Shown here: positions 1 to 17,799 of the stretch, piece by piece
Layout: the number at the start of each line of letters is the position of its first letter
Numbering within the stretch: position 1 is the first letter of the stretch
Assembly (NCBI GenBank): GCA_951804945.1
Contig: OX638156.1
Coordinates: 50,716,001-50,780,000 of the forward strand
Length of the DNA: 64,000 bases
From: Podarcis cretensis
Taxonomy: Eukaryota
Direction of reading: 5' to 3'
Made by a program: the position numbers and the translations under genes
Notes under the pieces: model-generated
Databases searched by the model: none
What the model saw: the letters and a program-made list of their open reading frames with translations, nothing else
What the model was told of the DNA's origin: nothing

Positions 1-1
1 A

Positions 2-13
2 GTGGGCCCCTGA
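2..13 (+). CDS. COG8: Last codons of conserved oligomeric Golgi complex subunit 8 (V-G-P-stop); rest of the gene lies upstream of the window
   Basis: GTG GGC CCC TGA at 2-13 matches the recalled C-terminus of human COG8 (...SVGP*); COG8 lies immediately 5' of PDF on the same strand in amniotes; AATAAA follows at 150-155. Only 4 codons visible. Confidence 0.55.
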   Translation: MGP

Positions 14-149
14 ATCTTCTCTCCCGAGGCTAGTTGCTTTAGGTATCAGTCAGTACCAGTTTTTTCTGGGCCTTCCCATTCACCAAAAATGCTCGCGTGT
101 CATCCTTATCTTCCTCTCCTCTGGAATTGCCTGATGCCTTAAGCTGCAG

Positions 150-155
150 AATAAA
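150..155 (+). terminator. Candidate COG8 polyadenylation signal
   Basis: AATAAA ~140 nt after the putative COG8 stop, followed by GT/T-rich sequence. Confidence 0.45.
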
Positions 156-382
156 ATGTGTGTCTGCCAGTTTTCCCTTGATGTCTCAGACTAGGTATGA
201 ATTTCTTCTTTGGTAAGTCCAACTTGCTGAGTGTGGGAATCCCACTGTTCTTACCAACTGCTTTGGGTTGTAGCTGGCCCTTCAGAAGAGGGTAATTACT
301 TTAGTTGGTGCTACAGGAAGAGGAAACCTGCTAGCCAAGACCAAGATCATCTGCAGCTGAAGCCCAAGAAATGAGGTTTTTT

Positions 383-398
383 TAATAATAATAATAAC

Positions 399-442
<44 letters not shown>
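383..442. repeat. (AAT)n microsatellite, tail of the adjacent LINE fragment
   Basis: About 20 AAT units with one AAC interruption. Confidence 0.95.
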
Positions 443-444
<2 letters not shown>

Positions 445-630
445 TTTATTTATACACTGCCCATCTGGCTGGGTTTCCCCAGCCACTCTGGGCAGCTTAT
501 AGCATATATAAAACATAGTAAAACATCAAACATTAAAAACTTCCCAATACAGGGCTGCTTTCAGATGTCTTCTAAAAGTTCTGTAGTTCTTTTATCTCCT
601 TGGCATTTGAAGGGAGGGCATTCCACAGGG
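443..630 (-). mobile_element. L2-type LINE 3' fragment
   Basis: tttatacactgcccatctggctgggtttccccagccactctgggcagct...gggagggcattccacag, typical squamate L2 3' end abutting an (AAT)n tail. Confidence 0.6.
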
Positions 631-1169
631 AGGAGAAGAGTTTAGATCCTGGTTTGTCTGAGCTTTAGTAGATGAGAAATAAACAAATTTAATACAACAG
701 CTCCATCACCAGGGCAAGTTAAAATGGCCCAGGACAGCAAGTGAGTGAGATTTTGAATGCTTCAAAATCCTCCCTTTTTTGGGGGGGGGAAATATTAAGC
801 AAAGTGGACAGGAGGCAGGGAGAGAAGGGTAGACTGTGGAGTCCTAAAAAGGTAGCAGGTAAGTGTGAGGGAGTCTTAATTGGATTAAGTCTCTGCATAG
901 AAAAGGATAGAACATTTTTTGTCTAGAGAGGTTGGAAGGATTTCCCCCCCTAGCAGGTAGTTGAGGGGTGCATGTGTGGAAATGCAGCAAGTATTCAGGA
1001 CCAAAACTTGCTGGTGTTGACTTTAGCAGCAGGGCTGAGGTAAAGCAGATGAGCCTGAGGCAGCTGCATCGCTACCAGTGATATGATGGGGAAAACCTGT
1101 CACTTCAAGAGGGATCTTATTCTCCCCTTTGCTACACAACCGCTTCCTCTTGTGGAAAAAGCTGACCTA

Positions 1170-1329
1170 AAGCGTCTGCAGGGACCCCGCCTGCCACGGA
1201 GTGGTGCCGTTCTTTGTTTTGAGAACTACATTTCCCAGCATCCACGAGCACTTCCGGTTTCCTCGCTTCGCGTGGTTTGTCAAGACAGGAAGTTGGGCAG
1301 CCCCATTGAAACTTGAGACTTGGAGTCAG
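1170..1329 (+). promoter_or_regulatory. Candidate PDF promoter / non-coding first exon (ZNF143-THAP11-like motif, ETS site, CpG cluster)
   Basis: ACTACATTTCCCAGCATCC at 1225-1243, ACTTCCGG at 1250-1257, local CpG enrichment, donor-like CAG|GTAGGG at 1329/1330. Confidence 0.55.
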
Positions 1330-1449
1330 GTAGGGCTGAGGTCCTGGTTGCGGGTGGGGGACCCACATTTTGAAACCCTCCTCGATGTTAAAATAAATTA
1401 GAAGGAGCCTCCCTGCAAGTAGAAGCCCAGCAGCAGAGTTTCGGCCTTT

Positions 1450-1640
1450 TGCTGGTCAAGAGTGCATTGGGAGAGCTGAGTTCAAGTCCTCCGCTCATTC
1501 CCATGATGCTCACCGGATGACCTTGGACCCTTCATTCTCCCGCAGCATATCCCTACCTCACCGGGTTATTGGGAGAATTAAAATATCGGTGGGAAGGAAC
1601 CATGTGAGCTGCTTGGAGGGAAATAAATAGATGATAATAT
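1450..1640 (+). mobile_element. Old tRNA-derived MIR/L2-tailed SINE
   Basis: B-box-like gagttcaagtcc, core ggatgaccttgg...cctacctcaccgggttattgggagaattaaaat. Confidence 0.5.
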
Positions 1641-1804
1641 ATACAAGAGAGGTATCCAAAATTTAATTGGAAGGGGTACAGAACATTCCGCCTCCTAATT
1701 TTGCTGCTGCAAATGTGGGCTGAGAGTTTTGGCAGAATCTTAGAACCTTTCTGTATTGCTTTTGCAGAGAAGCCTGCTTTTTCCATCTCTGCAGAGTCAC
1801 AGAA

Positions 1805-1997
1805 AAATGCCATACAGAGTAGACCGATCCTTTGTCCATCTAGCTCAGTACTGGCTATGCTGATGGGCAGTAGCTCTCCAGGGTTTCCTATCGGGTCTCT
1901 GTGTGTCTCTTCCAGCCCTTATTTGGAGACGCTGCTGGGTGGTGAACCTGGGACCATGCAGAAGCCAAGCGGATGCTCTGCCTGAGCTCCAGCCTCC
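1805..1997 (-). mobile_element. Squam3-like tRNA-derived SINE
   Basis: Reverse complement reads agctcaggcagagcatccgcttggc...ggtcccaggttcaccacccagcagcgtctcca...tactgagctagatggac; related copies at ~26598, ~28706, ~40620. Confidence 0.65.
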
Positions 1998-2168
1998 AGC
2001 CCTTCCCCTCCCAGTGATCTTAGCTAGGCCAACCTTTGACTCTAGAAACTTCCCAGCAGTAAGCCTTGGGAGTGCTTGCACCTGTTGTTTTGCATTATTT
2101 TTATTTTCTCATCTTATTTTTATTTTATTTGTTCTTTGGGCAGATGGCTTTGTGGCTGAAGCACAAAT

Positions 2169-2736
2169 ATGGCAGTTTGTAGGCTAAGGCCTGGCTTGGC
2201 CTGGATGCTGGACAGCCTCCTTTGGAACAGAGCTTTCCTGGCACCTTTACCATGCAGAAGTTGCAGCCACACTTGTTCCTCTTCAGCAGAGAAGCAGCGC
2301 ACCTATTGGCAATATCTGCGACGCAAAGTCTTGAAACCTCCCACCCCACCCTACAGTCATGTCTGCCAGGTGGGGGACCCCATTCTGCGCTCCCAGGCTG
2401 CTCCTGTGGAGCCCTCACAGATTGCCAGTGGTGAGGTGCAGACCCTCATCCGTACTCTGGTTCGCGTGATGAGGAAAGAACAATGTGTGGGTCTCAGTGC
2501 TCCCCAAGTGGGCGTGCCACTCCAGATCTTTGTGGCGGAGTTCCCAGAGAGGCTCTTTCATGAGCACACCCCCAGTATGCGCCAGGCTTGCCAGATGGCC
2601 CCCTTCCCCCTGCATGTGGTAGTGAATCCATCCATAAGGGTGCTGGACTCCCAACTGGTCTCTTTCCCCGAGGGCTGTAAAAGCATCAGTGGATTCTCTG
2701 CTTGCGTCGCCAGATACCAAGCCGTGGCAGTTTCCG
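2169..2736 (+). CDS. PDF: PDF coding exon 1
   Basis: ATG in strong context (aatATGg); ends TCC G|gtgagc. Confidence 0.93.
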
Positions 2737-3565
2737 GTGAGCTGGCAATGTTATTCCTTGTAGCTTTAACACACTTGGATGAGGTGTGAGTTTTGGAGCT
2801 GGTATATGTGTGTGGCGAGCCTCAGGTGTTCAAACTTGGCTCTATGTTGATCTTACAAGGTGTTATTAATTCAAAGGGGAATCTACATTATGCATTCCAA
2901 TTGTGGGAATGTAGCTAAGTACAAACTCATGGCACAAGCACCAAACAACTTTTCCCCACACTGCCTGTCAAAATGTGCATGTTTTTATGCCAAAGCCTTT
3001 CATCAGTAGCACACTCACATGTTGCTCTTCTGTTATTTGGTGTGACTGTGAACAGGTGTAGCAAGCGACAATTTATGTATAAAAAATGGAATGGGGAGAG
3101 TGGGTGGGTAGAACATCAGGGGCATCCCTTTCTCCTGCTTACTTATGCTGTCCTGCTCTGGAATCTTTCATAAGTCTCACATTTCTAATTTTTGACAGGA
3201 CTGAGGGGCACAGCTGGTTTCAATAAGTGCCAGCAAAAAGCAAGGGCAGATAGATATTCTCTGGGTGCAGGGAGCCTGCACTGGGCCTACAGCTTGGGGA
3301 AAGTTCAGTCAGGTATACATGTTCCTTCAAGGGGAGTGAGTCATTAAGGCATGGCAGGCCCCCAGAGCTGCATTTCTCACTGGAGTTCCTCTTTTTCCTT
3401 TCCCCAGGTCTGAATGAAGTCGGGGAGCAGTTTAGCTGGCCGGCAAGTGGCTGGGCAGCCCGCATCATCCAGCATGAGATGGACCATCTGCAGGGTGTGT
3501 TGTATATTGACAAGATGGACAGCAGGACTTTTGTGAATCTGCAGTGGGAACAGCTAAATGAATGA
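2169..3565 (+). CDS. PDF: Peptide deformylase, mitochondrial; join(2169..2736,3408..3565), 241 aa
   Basis: Arg-rich N-terminal presequence; motif 1 [10 protein letters not shown], motif 2 EGCKS, motif 3 QHEMDHLQG; phase-1 intron G|gtgagc...tccccag|GT; TGA at 3563-3565. Confidence 0.97.
3408..3565 (+). CDS. PDF: PDF coding exon 2
   Basis: [52 protein letters not shown]. Confidence 0.97.
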
Positions 3566-4089
3566 AGCAGGACTGGGCCCAGGGGGGCAGGGAGAGAAAG
3601 GCCACTTTTTCTCTGTCTGCTGTTCCCAAGTATGTCCAAACCAGTGAAAGGGGCAATAGAAAGAGAAGGTGGACACTTCCAAGGTGAGGGGGTTCAATGA
3701 TGTTTTTACTGCTTGACATCTTTACTTTCCCTATTTGTGGCATGAGGAGAGGAAGCTGGGCAGGTAAGCTGGGCATAAGCATGCCCTTCCCCCACCCCAC
3801 ATGGTGCTGCAGGATTTTTTTTTTGGGGGGGGGGAATACTAAGAAAGCAGAAGCTGTTAAAGGGTCGCAATTCAGTATCTTTCAACTACTGCATGCCACT
3901 CTCTTGGCCAGTGTACAGCCGCTCATTTGGGGGGGGGGGGCAAAATTCAAGAAGAAAAAGCAAGGCTGATCCTGTGAGATGGCCTTCTCCAACTTCTACC
4001 TTGACTAGTGAAGTAGGCTAACATGCGGGAAGGTGGGCAAACACTTGTTAAAAGGAACAGACACCAACTAAAACTTCATAGCAATTCAC

Positions 4090-4296
4090 AATAAAAAGGC
4101 ATTGACCACCTCTTCACCTGTAATACCTCACCATGTTTTACTTCATAACATAATACACAACTGTATTTTAGTAATGTTTTAAGTTGTCTGTTTTTGCTTC
4201 AGTCTTCTGTACACCGCTTGCAGATATTTTTAATAGATTAAGCAGTATAGAAATTAAACAATCAACTCATACAATAAACCTCTTGATTTTAATAAA
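4090..4296 (+). terminator. Cluster of candidate PDF poly(A) signals
   Basis: AATAAA at 4090-4095, 4273-4278 and 4291-4296. Confidence 0.5.
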
Positions 4297-4541
4297 ACCT
4301 CTTAAAGAGATTTACAGATTAAATGCACCCACAACCCCCTCCTAGCTAGCTAAATTGTGCGCCTTCAACTTGTAGGGATGTGGATTGCATCTGTGGTGTG
4401 GAAGGAGATAAGACTAAGCAGAACAAAGGAGACTACTGCCTCTTCCTTCATCTCCTGTGGAGAAACTGTGAAACAAATTGTACCATTGTATGTTGCTTGT
4501 AAAAAATCAGCTGAATATATAAGAGACAAATAGTTCAACAC

Positions 4542-4547
4542 TTTATT
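4542..4547 (-). terminator. Distal VPS4A poly(A) signal
   Basis: TTTATT on + (AATAAA on -) with T-rich downstream sequence on the minus strand. Confidence 0.55.
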
Positions 4548-5761
4548 CTTCCATAAACTGTCCCTCCCCACACTGGAATCAACTCAAAATTATGTACACA
4601 TGACAAGAAAGGGGGCAGGGGGTGTACAGGCCGCTAAACCCCTTGACAGTTAAAGAGGTTCTCACAGCTATTCACTTGAATTTCTAGAGACCAAAGAGCT
4701 CCCACCCTCCTCTACATGCCTTCCTCAGTAGTACTAAGACAAGAAGACTAAAGCACAGGAAAGTAGCTTTAGTGGCCGAGAACGGTGGATTTGTTGAATT
4801 AGGAATCAGCAGTTACCTTCAGGGAAGCAAGAACCCTGCTGTAAGTAGAAGCCTATGCTTGAGCATTGCCAGCCTCCTCCACTTGTGGCACAAGAGCCAT
4901 TGCCTAGAGACAATGAGGTGGAATAAATGAGTCCTTTGCCTCCCTATAGCATGGATTTTTTTAAAAGACACTCTAGAGCCCCAGATTGCAGCAGAGACAC
5001 ACCAGCAGAGGCCCAACCATGACCAAAGGAGCCATGGGGGGGGGGGGGAATGGGAGGCAGATCTCCCACCTGCTGCAGCTGCAAAGGCGGGAAAGCTCCA
5101 TCTCCTTTGCAGGACTTTGCCAGCACCTGTGTGCTGACAGGTGCCCAGTTTGCATTCCTTAGTGCGTCACCTCTTGTGCCACAGCTGGAAGAGCAAAGAC
5201 GTCATCCCTTTCTGAGAAGCAGCAGGCTTGCTGGGTTGAGCCACAGTGCCAGGATAAGGCTGAGGGGCTTGGAGCTGCAGCCCTCCTCATCCCTGTTCTG
5301 CTCCCCTTCTGCTTTTTCTGTGCCACACATGCAAAACGCTACAGAACTGAAGGGCAACAAATTCTGCAGCAACACAGCATCCTGTGGGGCAGAGCACATT
5401 TTCAGATACCGTACCTCAAACCATGCAACAGATCAGGCCTTGGCAAGGTAAGCTTCTTGGACAGCACTTCCAACATGAGTACCTCAACTCCAGGAGAGAG
5501 CTGAGCATTAGCTAAGCCTTGGAGTGTATTTCTCACTTGGAGAGCTTCCTGCCACTTTGGCTGAGCCAGAAGAAGGCCACGCTCTTCAAAGTTCAGCTCA
5601 GGCTTGGAAGTGCAGCATTTCATATTTCAAGGAGTAAGCAATGGCCTTAGGTGAAGCCAGTTCGGTTTTCTCTTTGGGGTGGCACCAGGTGTTGCTTCCA
5701 CAGGAGCTGGAAGGGGTCTCAGGAAAAAAGGGTTGCGGTATAGTGGAAGTTTCGGATTGTT

Positions 5762-5767
5762 TTTATT
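5762..5767 (-). terminator. Proximal VPS4A poly(A) signal candidate
   Basis: AATAAA on - ~330 nt after the stop codon. Confidence 0.4.
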
Positions 5768-6094
5768 TGTATATAAACAAGCCAAGCAGCGTTAGAGGGG
5801 GGGAAATGAAAGAGCAACCATGAAGGCAGGGATGTCTGGATGGGAAAAAACCAGAGTGGGCTGGGCTCAGCCTTCTCCCCTTTGTGTCCGTCTCCCAGAG
5901 TAGCAATGGAGGCTGTGTCACCTCATCCTCTTCCTTCCCCAGCCAAACAGGTGCCCCAAGCAGAGACAGATTCAGTAGTAAGCTGGATGCTAACCTCTGC
6001 TTGGCACAGTCCACTGTCAGCACAAAGGGCCTTGTCTACACACATGTCCGTGGTAAAATGCCCCCCATCACCGCTGCTCCTCATAGGCACAGCA

Positions 6095-13798
<7,704 letters not shown>

Positions 13799-14289
13799 CG
13801 CATCTCCTCCCGCTGGGGCTGGGGCGGCGGCTGTTGCTGCTGCGGCTGCCGAGGCTGCTGGGCTTTGGTTCCCTCCTCCGGGCTCGTACGAGGCGGCCAC
13901 CGGGAGCCCCGCTGAGGAGAGTCGGGCCGGTTTCTGGGCTGCCGCCTGCAGGCCGCACCGGGAACAGCAGCAGGCGAGGCGGAGAGGAGGGGAAAGGGAG
14001 GCCCGAGGAACCGCGACGCCATTCAGGGGCGGGAGTGAGGAAGAGCCCGGAGGTGGTCCGCCCTTGTCCGCCTCCCACGAGCCCCTTTCTCAGGAGGCCG
14101 GCCGGGCTCTCCCTTCTTCTCTTCGGCTTCCCGGTTGTCTTTGCTGCCCCCTACTCAGGGGCTGAATGATGGCTGAGTTATGGCTGCATTATCAAATTTG
14201 CGGGGAGCCTCCTTTTCTGACCTTTTGCTTAGAGTAGCAGGAAACAGTAACACATATTGGGGGGGGGGGGATATCTCAGAGAAAAGGCC

Positions 14290-14810
14290 AGCAAGATGTG
14301 ATCGAAGTTTACAAATTTATGCAATTCATGGAGAAAGTATAACACCAGATAGACGAACCCGTGGACAACCAATGAAGCTGAATAGTGGAAGATTCAGGGC
14401 AGGAAAAAGGAAGAATAAAGGGATAACTCGGTCGATAGAACATGAGACTCTTAAACTCAGGGTGGTGGGTTCCAGCCCCACGTTGGGTACAAGGTTACTG
14501 CATTGCAGGGAGTTGGACTAGATGACTCTTGTGGTCCCTTTCCAATTCTATTGACTCCCAAGTACTTTTTCATGCAGCATAGTTACAGAACTCACTCTCA
14601 AAGGAGCCAGTGATGGGAGCCAACTTGGATGGCTTTAAAATAGGAATAGACAAATGGATGGAGAAGTTTATTGATGGCTACTAGCCACAGCGATGCTTCT
14701 GAATACCAGTTGCTGGGGAGAACTGGTCCACAGGAGGGGAGATCTGGGTGGCTACTGTGAGAAGATGCTGGAATGGTGAGCCATAGGCCTGATCCAGCAG
14801 GCTTTTCTTG
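14290..14810 (+). mobile_element. Degenerate CR1 3' fragment interrupted by a SINE
   Basis: RTRGQPMKLNSGRFRAGKRK before the SINE and tactttttcatgcagcat...ttggatggctttaaaataggaatagacaaa after it. Confidence 0.65.
14417..14556 (+). mobile_element. tRNA-Lys(CTT)-derived SINE with CR1 tail (POM-type lacertid SINE)
   Basis: Head aligns to tRNA-Lys (catgagactcttaa..tcagggt.gtgggttc.agccccacgttggg) followed by ctgcattgcagggagttggactagatgac...ccaattcta. Confidence 0.8.
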
Positions 14811-14819
14811 TATTTACCG

Positions 14820-15110
14820 GTACTTATAATTTATAATCCACACTTTCATAAAAGCCTATCAAGGCAGTATACAACACATAAGAGTAAAACCAGCAAGAAA
14901 CATTCAAAGAAACATAACTAAAACCAACAGTAGGTGGGTTGAGAAAATAAATTCATACTTAAAAGTCCTGCCTAAACAATGCAATTTTCTGAAGATGTCT
15001 GAAAGAAGGCAAGGATGGTTCCTGCCAAACCTCAACTAGCAGGGAGTTCCACAGGGCAGGACCTGCCATATTAAAGGCCTGGCCCTAGTGAAGGCCAATA
15101 TCAGAGGCTG
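14820..15110 (-). mobile_element. L2-type LINE 3' fragment
   Basis: agggagttccacagggcaggacctgcca...aaaggcctggccc motif with AT-rich tail. Confidence 0.45.
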
Positions 15111-16029
15111 CGTGGAGAACCACCAGAAGAAGTGCCCCATCAGGGGATATCTGTGATTGAGGTGGAGCTTACTCTCTATTGCACACACACAAAGTACACA
15201 AATAGGAGCAAAATCAATCACGTTTGTAGCAGTGTAAAGACTTTTAAATTTGGAACATTTCTTGACTTTATAAAAGTTGTGAAGGTGTGTGTATACAGAA
15301 GTTTTTGTGGACTAGAGACCATTCCATCAGATGAATATATTAAATTTCTGTATTTGGGTTTTATAACTTTTATTTTTCTGTGTTGTATTACTTGGAGGAT
15401 TATTTTTATGCAGTACGTTTCTAAACACCAGTTGCTGGGAATTGCATGTGCAGAAAGTGCTTATGTGCCCATGTGCTGTTTGTGGGCTTCTCCTAAAGGC
15501 ATCTGGTTGGTCACTGAGCTTTGCAAATCTCTTTTGCTTTTCCCTACAGGCAAATGCTTAGCAGTAGATGGATGTTAATTTGAGAGCCACTTTTCTCCTG
15601 CTGAAATACTTGAACAACATCAGTAGTGCAAGCTGTCATTTCACAACCACTGTCAAGTTACTATAAATCCCATTCCAAACCAAGTTCCTGTGTTTTGTCT
15701 CAACATTTTAAACTTGCCAGTTTATTTTTAACTCTTGAGATATGTGAACATGGTTATGCTGATACTTTGTGTTTGGGGCACAAATAGTTTATTTTGGGGG
15801 TGGTTGCCTCATTGGGTTTACTGTACTTTGAAAAAGCGGAAGAATTAACAGACCTTTATTTCCTTTAGTGCCAAACTCAGGGAAACTGTGGCTTTGTGGT
15901 CTTGTTGCATTCAGGGCTTGAACTACCAGGTGGAAACACCATGAAACTTCTGAATTACAAGTGCACAGATTTAGTTGGTGCTTGAAAACAAGGAGCCTAA
16001 TGTGACACAAGTTAGCACCTTATTATAAG

Positions 16030-16980
16030 ATGGCAGTGGATACACTGGACCGTTGCCTTGCCTCAGTAATGGACTGAATGAGAAGCAACAAACTGAAGCT
16101 CAATTCCACATAAGACTGAGGCACTGTTAGTGGGTAGTCCCCTAGATTGGATAGCTGGGAGGTTGCCTGCTCTTGATGTGGTTACACTTCCTCTGAAGGA
16201 GCAGGTATGTAGCTTGAGGGTACTTACAGATCTTTTGCTGTCAGGTGAAGCTTAGGTGACCTCAGCGGCATGGAGTGCTTTCCATCAGTTTCAGCTGGTG
16301 GCGCAGCCGTTTCCGTCTGGACAGGGATGGCTTAACTACTGTTGTCTATGCTCTGGTAACCTTTAGGTTAGATTACTGCAATGTGTTATATGTAGGGCTG
16401 CCTCTGAAGATGGTTCAGAAACTTCAGCTGGTGTAGAACTTGGCAGCGAGGTTGCTCACTAGGGCAAGTGGTTTGAGCATATTACACTGACCCTAGTTCG
16501 ACTGCACTGGCTGCCAATTAGCTTCCTGGCCTAATTCAAAGTGCTGGTTTTGCCCTATAAAGCCTTAAATGTCTCAAGACCATAATACCTCAAGGACTGC
16601 CTCTTCCCGTATGAACCTACCCAGATGCTGACATCTCCTGACGCCCTTCTTTGTGTGCCACTCGATGAGAGGTCCAGATGGACATGAACAGGCGTTTTCT
16701 GCCGTGTCTCCCTGTTTGTGGAATGCTCTCCCCTGAGAGGTTTGGCTGGTGCCTTCATTATATACCTTTAGGCACCAGGTGAAAATGTTCCTGTTTGACC
16801 AGGCCTTTGTATCAGTCTCTAAAATGGGGGAGGGAGGAGGGAGGGTTTATTGGTTTGTGGTTTTTTGTTCCTGTTTTTATTATGTATTTTGTGTTTTTAT
16901 CTTGCATTTACGTTGTGGACCGCCCTGAGATCCATGGATAAAGTATGGTTATACAAATTTAATTTTAATTTAAAAATAAA
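16030..16980 (+). mobile_element. L2 LINE fragment (decayed RT C-terminal region + 3' end)
   Basis: aacaaactgaagctcaatt..ataagactgagg, ttagattactgcaatgtg, ctgcactggctgcc, tataaagccttaaat motifs; frameshifts and stops; AT-rich tail. Confidence 0.8.
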
Positions 16981-17189
16981 AGAATATGTTCCAGTCAGCT
17001 GAATACTCCAACAAAGTTTCTGGTGTCACAGGTATCTAGTCCAGGATTATCAGAATATCTAGGGCAGTTCCCCTAAGAGGAAAAGTTGCAATGCTTTTGG
17101 GTTTTTTAGTTTAGGGGGGAAACGGAAATCAAGTGGAGTGTGTGTTGTTTTCTCTTGTAGAATCCAATGGTGTCACAGTTCAATGAAGC

Positions 17190-17548
17190 CGAATATGATA
17201 AGATTCAGGACTGATAAAAATAACTTATTCACACACCACACAGTTCAGCTATGGAATCTGATTTCACAAGACAGTGTGACCCCCAACTTGGATGGCTTTA
17301 AAAGGGATTAAACAAATTCATAGGAAAGGCTATCAAAGGCTGCTAAGTTATGATGGCTGCATTCCACCTCCACTGTTGGGAGGCAGCATGCCATTTGCTG
17401 GGAATCCCAAGCAGGGAGAGCACTGTTGCATTCAGGTCTTGCTTGCAGCTTCCCACTAAGGCATGTGGTTGGCCACTGTGAGTACAGATGCTGGGGGCTA
17501 GATAGGGCTTTTGGTCTTAGCCAGCAGGGCTTTTCTGATGTTCTTAAA
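17190..17548 (+). mobile_element. CR1 3' fragment
   Basis: aagattcaggactgataaaaa...ttggatggctttaaaagggattaaacaaattcatagg...ccagcagggcttttctgatgttctta. Confidence 0.65.
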
Positions 17549-17793
17549 ACTTGCATTGCCCTGGAAGGATGTATTGAAAGAGGAGATTCTGTAGAGTTAA
17601 AGCAGGCAAGAAGGAAGGAGGATGCCCTCCTCTCTTTTCAGAACTTGCCACCTTATCTGTGTCTGTGACCTTAACCATTAGGTCATTTCCTTTTAAGTTA
17701 CTCTGGAATCCAACTCACTAACATATATTTTTGAAGTCTGTGTTTTCCCACAAAGTCACAAGCCAATGAATTAAAACTAAAAGCATAAACACC

Positions 17794-17799
17794 TTTATT
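17794..17799 (-). terminator. Distal SNTB2 poly(A) signal (3'UTR ~4.7 kb)
   Basis: AATAAA on - at the end of an AU-rich block containing UGUA motifs; long SNTB2 3'UTRs are typical. Confidence 0.55.

Noticed and set aside
2169-2789. 206-aa single-exon PDF from the ORF track
   Set aside because: It reads through the donor at 2737 and lacks the HEXXH motif, which is in the 3408-3565 exon.
14417-14490. Functional tRNA-Lys(CTT) gene
   Set aside because: The acceptor stem is destroyed and it continues into a CR1-derived tail; it is a SINE head.
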